From Thraustochytrium aureum (lineage: Eukaryota): 35,485 nucleotides of DNA. The notes beneath the pieces were generated by a model. It saw nothing but the letters and a program-made list of their open reading frames with translations. It was not told the DNA's origin and made no database searches. Position numbers and translations under genes: made by a program. The DNA lies in contig BLSG01000092.1 in NCBI GenBank assembly GCA_012862495.1, positions 101,776-137,260 on the forward strand. The letters are read 5' to 3'. Each line of letters begins with the position of its first letter. Within the stretch, counting starts at the first letter, position 1. Below are positions 34,204-35,485 of this stretch, one piece after another.

Positions 34204-35474
34204 GTCCTGCAAACCCAGTTCGCAGGGTAATTGCTTTGCGTTCGTCGGACGGGGCGAGAACGTTCACGCTCGTCACAGAGCTTGCAAGAGACGCGCCAGG
34301 GACCAGCGGCCCCACTAACCCACGCGTGTCTTGCACGAAGAATGGGTCGACCTGTGTGGCAGTATTTATGGCGGGAGAGTCGGACGGCAGCTGGGTGACG
34401 CAAACAAGCCAGTCGTCAGATGGCGGGCGCACCTGGAGTGGGCTGGCCAAGCTCGCCCCGTCGCTCCTGTCGCAAAGCCGCAAAGCCGCAAACAGGATCG
34501 AGTACTGGAACGCTCGGGTCAGCTGCTTCGCGACCACGTGCAATGTTCTTGCAGAGTCTTGGGTCTGGGTGCAGGAACAAGGCGACTGGTTCAGTCCGTG
34601 GATGGAAACCGCACGATCGACGGATGGAGGCCGCAGTTGGTCGACCTACACTGTTTTGCACCAGCCGACCGGTTTGGTGGAGGTGACGGACTTGGAGTGC
34701 TTCGGCTCGTCATTCTGCGCCGGGATCTGGATCGGGACGTCCAGCGTGGAGCGACGAGCGTATTTTGCCACCTCCACCTCGCTTGGGGAAACATGGAGTG
34801 CTGTTGCAGCCGTCACAGACATGCCGGTCGTCGACAGTTTCCAGACAAACTACGTCGAGCCGAGCGTGAGCTGCTCTGTGGGCTACGGTTGCCTCGTGGC
34901 GCTGCAGCGCATTTTGCCGTCACCCAACTCGTTTTGGATCGCGAAGTACGTTTTCGTTTCTGGGACTCCGACGCCGGACCCAGAAGTCTCGCCGACGAAG
35001 GCACCGACGCAACTTCCGAGCCCTGCCGGTGCCTCCATCGCGCCAACACCGGCACCTCGCGCCTCCGAAGAAAACTTTGACTCTGCCGCGCCAACGACGG
35101 CTTCCGAGAGCGACAGCTCGACGCTCGTCATTGCCAGCGGCGGCGCAGTCGGCGGCGCAGTGGTGCTTTTGGCTCTCGCCGTCACGACCAAGCGCCACTG
35201 CCGCGACAAGTCGAACGATTTGGGCGTTCTCCCGCACGGCCGAATCGCCCTCAGTACGGACAAGAGCGCGTCTCAAACGCGCTCTGCAGAGCCTGCTGAC
35301 GATGGTGCGGTCAGCGCCGACGTCCCATACGCGGTGCCGCTGGCGCAGCAATCACCAACGGCCAGCCAGGTCTGGGCAAAGTCACCACTCATTTTTCTGG
35401 CCCGCGCTGCTGCGACAGGGTTTGCAACCCGCCCGGTGAGCAGGGGCACGACTTTGTCAGGCCTCGACGTGTAG
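34204..35474 (+). CDS. Second BNR/Asp-box repeat membrane protein (5' part in gap)
   Basis: Asp boxes SSDGARTF, SSDGGRTW, STDGGRSW and STSLGETW, paired Cys per blade, PTKAPT/PTPAP stalk and TM segment VIASGGAVGGAVVLLALAV. Same architecture as 29804-31774. Confidence 0.8.
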
Positions 35475-35485
35475 TGATGTTCGTC

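Overview
GC-rich eukaryotic nuclear DNA from a gapped draft assembly (12 N-runs). Many single-base indels shift reading frames and look like sequencing errors. Gene content and style suggest a stramenopile, possibly a labyrinthulomycete; this is inference only. In order, the window holds: a TKL kinase-ARM repeat protein ending in a CaaX box; an IQ/B-box/WW protein; BUB3; PRP8; WASHC2/FAM21; an ABCG-like half transporter with a degenerate ATPase domain and one in-frame intron; a ~2200-aa nicotinamidase-ankyrin-Zn finger-RyR-ankyrin-polycystin channel (PKDRR-like); and a cluster of Asp-box (BNR) membrane protein genes with a decayed duplicate. Two signals stand out. First, an intein sits at the canonical PRP8-a site (FWEK[A] ... 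VVHN/SGFE) in an apparently non-fungal host. Second, the channel's nicotinamidase domain has Ala in place of the catalytic Lys, suggesting a ligand-sensing pseudoenzyme.
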